Assembly: GCA_029820295.1 (NCBI GenBank)
Contig: JALGVA010000006.1
Coordinates: 1,793 to 65,792 of the forward strand
DNA length: 64,000 nt
DNA from: Candidatus Zipacnadia bacterium
GTDB lineage: Bacteria; Armatimonadota; Zipacnadia; Zipacnadales; UBA5352
Direction: 5' to 3'
Part shown: in pieces, positions 62,550-64,000 of the stretch
Layout of the letters: every line of letters begins with the position of its first letter
Position numbering within the stretch: position 1 is the first letter of the stretch
Notes under the pieces: generated by a model
What the model saw: the letters and a program-made list of their open reading frames with translations, nothing else
Database searches by the model: none
What the model was told of the DNA's origin: nothing
Made by a program: the position numbers and the translations under genes

Positions 62550-63326
62550 CTACCCCCCCTCCGCTCCGAGCCATGCCAGGCCCTGGTCGATCGCGGCCGC
62601 CATGACCGGCTGCAGCAGCGCGACACGTTCAGCCGGGGCCACGGTGAGGGTGAATGCGAGCGCATCCTTGTAGCCGTCGAGGGTGAGCGCCTGCCGGGCC
62701 TCGCGGCAGTGCGCGGCCACGGCGTCCTGCAGGCGGTTGGCGTGGCTCACCGTGGGCAGACCCTCACAGCCGACGAAGTCCGCGACGTCCCGGGCGACGA
62801 AGTGCCGGAAGGTGCGGTCCAGCTCGTGGCCGACGAAGAGCGCCGCCACGTCGTGCAGCCGCCCCTCGCGCGGGAAGCGGGCGAAGTTGTCCTCAGCGAC
62901 CGACAACGGCACCTCCATGATGCCCGCGCCGTCGCTGTGCAGCGTGGCGATGGCCAGTGCCGCGGTGCCGACGGCCTCGAGCGCCAGGTCGCCGAAGCGG
63001 GACGCGAAGCCCTCGTCGGCGATAATGCGCTCGGCGCGGTCGTGCAGGCCAGCGGCCATCTGCACCGCGACGGGCTCGCGTCCGGCGCCCAGATGGTCGA
63101 GGGTGGCGGCCAGACCGCGCTCGGCCACGAGCTGCGCGCCCTCCATCAGCGTGCCCAGACAGGTGATCGGCGCCGGCGCGCTCATGCCGGCGCGGGTGTC
63201 GGGGTCGAGGGCGGCCACGATGCGCGCGACCACCTCGCGCGGTGATGGGGCGGGCTGCGCGTACAGCTCGCGCACCCGACGCCACTCTTGCGTCTCGGGT
63301 GATCTGTGCCAGGTTGAAGTGCCCAT
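62550..63326 (-). CDS. 258-aa hypothetical protein starting MGTST..., candidate QatB-like partner of the QueC-like enzyme
   Basis: High GC3, helical-looking, no enzymatic motif. Tightly linked to the downstream QueC-like gene. Confidence 0.65.
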   Translation of the reverse strand: MGTSTWHRSPETQEWRRVRELYAQPAPSPREVVARIVAALDPDTRAGMSAPAPITCLGTLMEGAQLVAERGLAATLDHLGAGREPVAVQMAAGLHDRAERIIADEGFASRFGDLALEAVGTAALAIATLHSDGAGIMEVPLSVAEDNFARFPREGRLHDVAALFVGHELDRTFRHFVARDVADFVGCEGLPTVSHANRLQDAVAAHCREARQALTLDGYKDALAFTLTVAPAERVALLQPVMAAAIDQGLAWLGAEGG

Positions 63327-63419
63327 GAATCACGCCATGATCACGAGGATGGTCGGCACCGGACACTAAGCGGCCGGCCCGTCCCCGCCGGGTCGACCGC
63401 GCCTGTCGTTACACGATTG

Positions 63420-64000
63420 TTACCCCGGTACGCTCGGGTTCATTCGCCCACCCGCCCTGCTCGTCCTCCAAAGTCGATGACGCTTGGGTCCATGGACTCC
63501 TCCCAGGTCATCGGGTGGGGCCGTGAGCCGACGCACGCGCACATCGCGGAGCGTCGCAGTATCGGTCTCCCCCGGGTTGTGCTCGAGCAGCAGGCCGACC
63601 AGCTTCTCCTCGAGCTCGAAGTCCTCGTCCTCCATGTCCCGCCTGATCACCGGCTTCCCGCCCAGCAGCACGCGCGCCGTCGAGCCGAAGACCTGCACCG
63701 CGATGCCGGTGTCCGCCTCGACCTTGACCGGGATGTTGCGTGAGCCCTCGAAGCGGTTGCCGTCCACGCCCAGTAGGCCCACCGGATAGTTGATGCCGGC
63801 CCAGTTCGCCCCCTGAGTGAACCCGACGTTCGGCCGCGGGAAGCCGAAGACTAGGCCCGCATAGGCATCCTCGGCATCAGGCGGGAAGTGGACGTCGGCG
63901 GTCAGCTCGAAGTTGCCCGGGACGTTCCCGGGGAAGACCAGCCATGCGCCGGACTCGTCCTCGGCGGTCGCGGTCGCCGTCCCGTCCTCGGTACGCCAGT
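63420..64000 (-). CDS. 3-prime part of a gene running off the window; C-terminal beta-sandwich (LamG/DUF1080-like?) domain
   Basis: I hand-translated the minus frame. It is open from base 64000 to the TAA at 63420-63422 (...WRTEDGTATATAEDESGAWLVFPGNVPGNFELTADVHF...GKPVIRRDMEDEDFELEEKLVGLLLEH...). The track shows only its last 120 aa. Confidence 0.5.
   Translation of the reverse strand, partial: WRTEDGTATATAEDESGAWLVFPGNVPGNFELTADVHFPPDAEDAYAGLVFGFPRPNVGFTQGANWAGINYPVGLLGVDGNRFEGSRNIPVKVEADTGIAVQVFGSTARVLLGGKPVIRRDMEDEDFELEEKLVGLLLEHNPGETDTATLRDVRVRRLTAPPDDLGGVHGPKRHRLWRTSRAGGRMNPSVPG

Overview
This is a high-GC (roughly 68-70%) bacterial chromosomal segment that is densely coding. I support about 55 CDS and one tmRNA. 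I saw no rRNA, tRNA, CRISPR array, transposase or integrase. Because of the GC content, most long ORFs in the six-frame track are antisense or out-of-frame shadows. I chose real frames by recognisable motifs, third-position GC, Shine-Dalgarno (SD) sequences and operon geometry. Several starts are therefore shorter than the track ORFs.

Core content:
- A sugar and oxidoreductase set: four Gfo/Idh/MocA genes, an aldo-keto reductase, a TIM-barrel isomerase, a class II aldolase, an enolase-superfamily gene, a NagB-like gene and glycoside-hydrolase-like genes.
- A FhaA-FhaB-RodA-PBP2-PASTA kinase cell-wall cluster.
- A MoxR-DUF58-transglutaminase operon extended by a large alpha/beta hydrolase and a DUF4139-like gene.
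- An ECF sigma/anti-sigma pair, archease, Mpg glycosylase, DeoC, and tmRNA with predicted tag ANTDLALAA.

Most interesting items:
1. A translationally linked pair on the minus strand at 61197-63326: a QueC-like PP-loop ATPase with an extra N-terminal domain, plus a 258-aa partner that starts Met-Gly. It resembles QatB/QatC, but no QatA or QatD is present in the window.
2. An orphan 1328-aa P-loop NTPase of BrxC/DUF6079-like architecture at 8751-12737. It has no methyltransferase or PglZ partner. A hairpin-rich 295-nt spacer precedes it, and an ORF-free, AT-richer tail ending in an intrinsic terminator follows it.
3. Tandem paralogous small membrane proteins, one interrupted by a single in-frame TAG.
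4. A TrpC-fold protein in which most remembered catalytic positions are substituted.
5. A DUF1638-hydantoinase fusion divergent from an Rrf2 regulator.
6. A 9-unit heptanucleotide repeat in an operon leader.
7. A solitary half-size HsdS-like gene.
8. A low-GC DUF433/PIN-like toxin-antitoxin pair.

All family assignments rest on motif recognition by eye and need profile searches to confirm.
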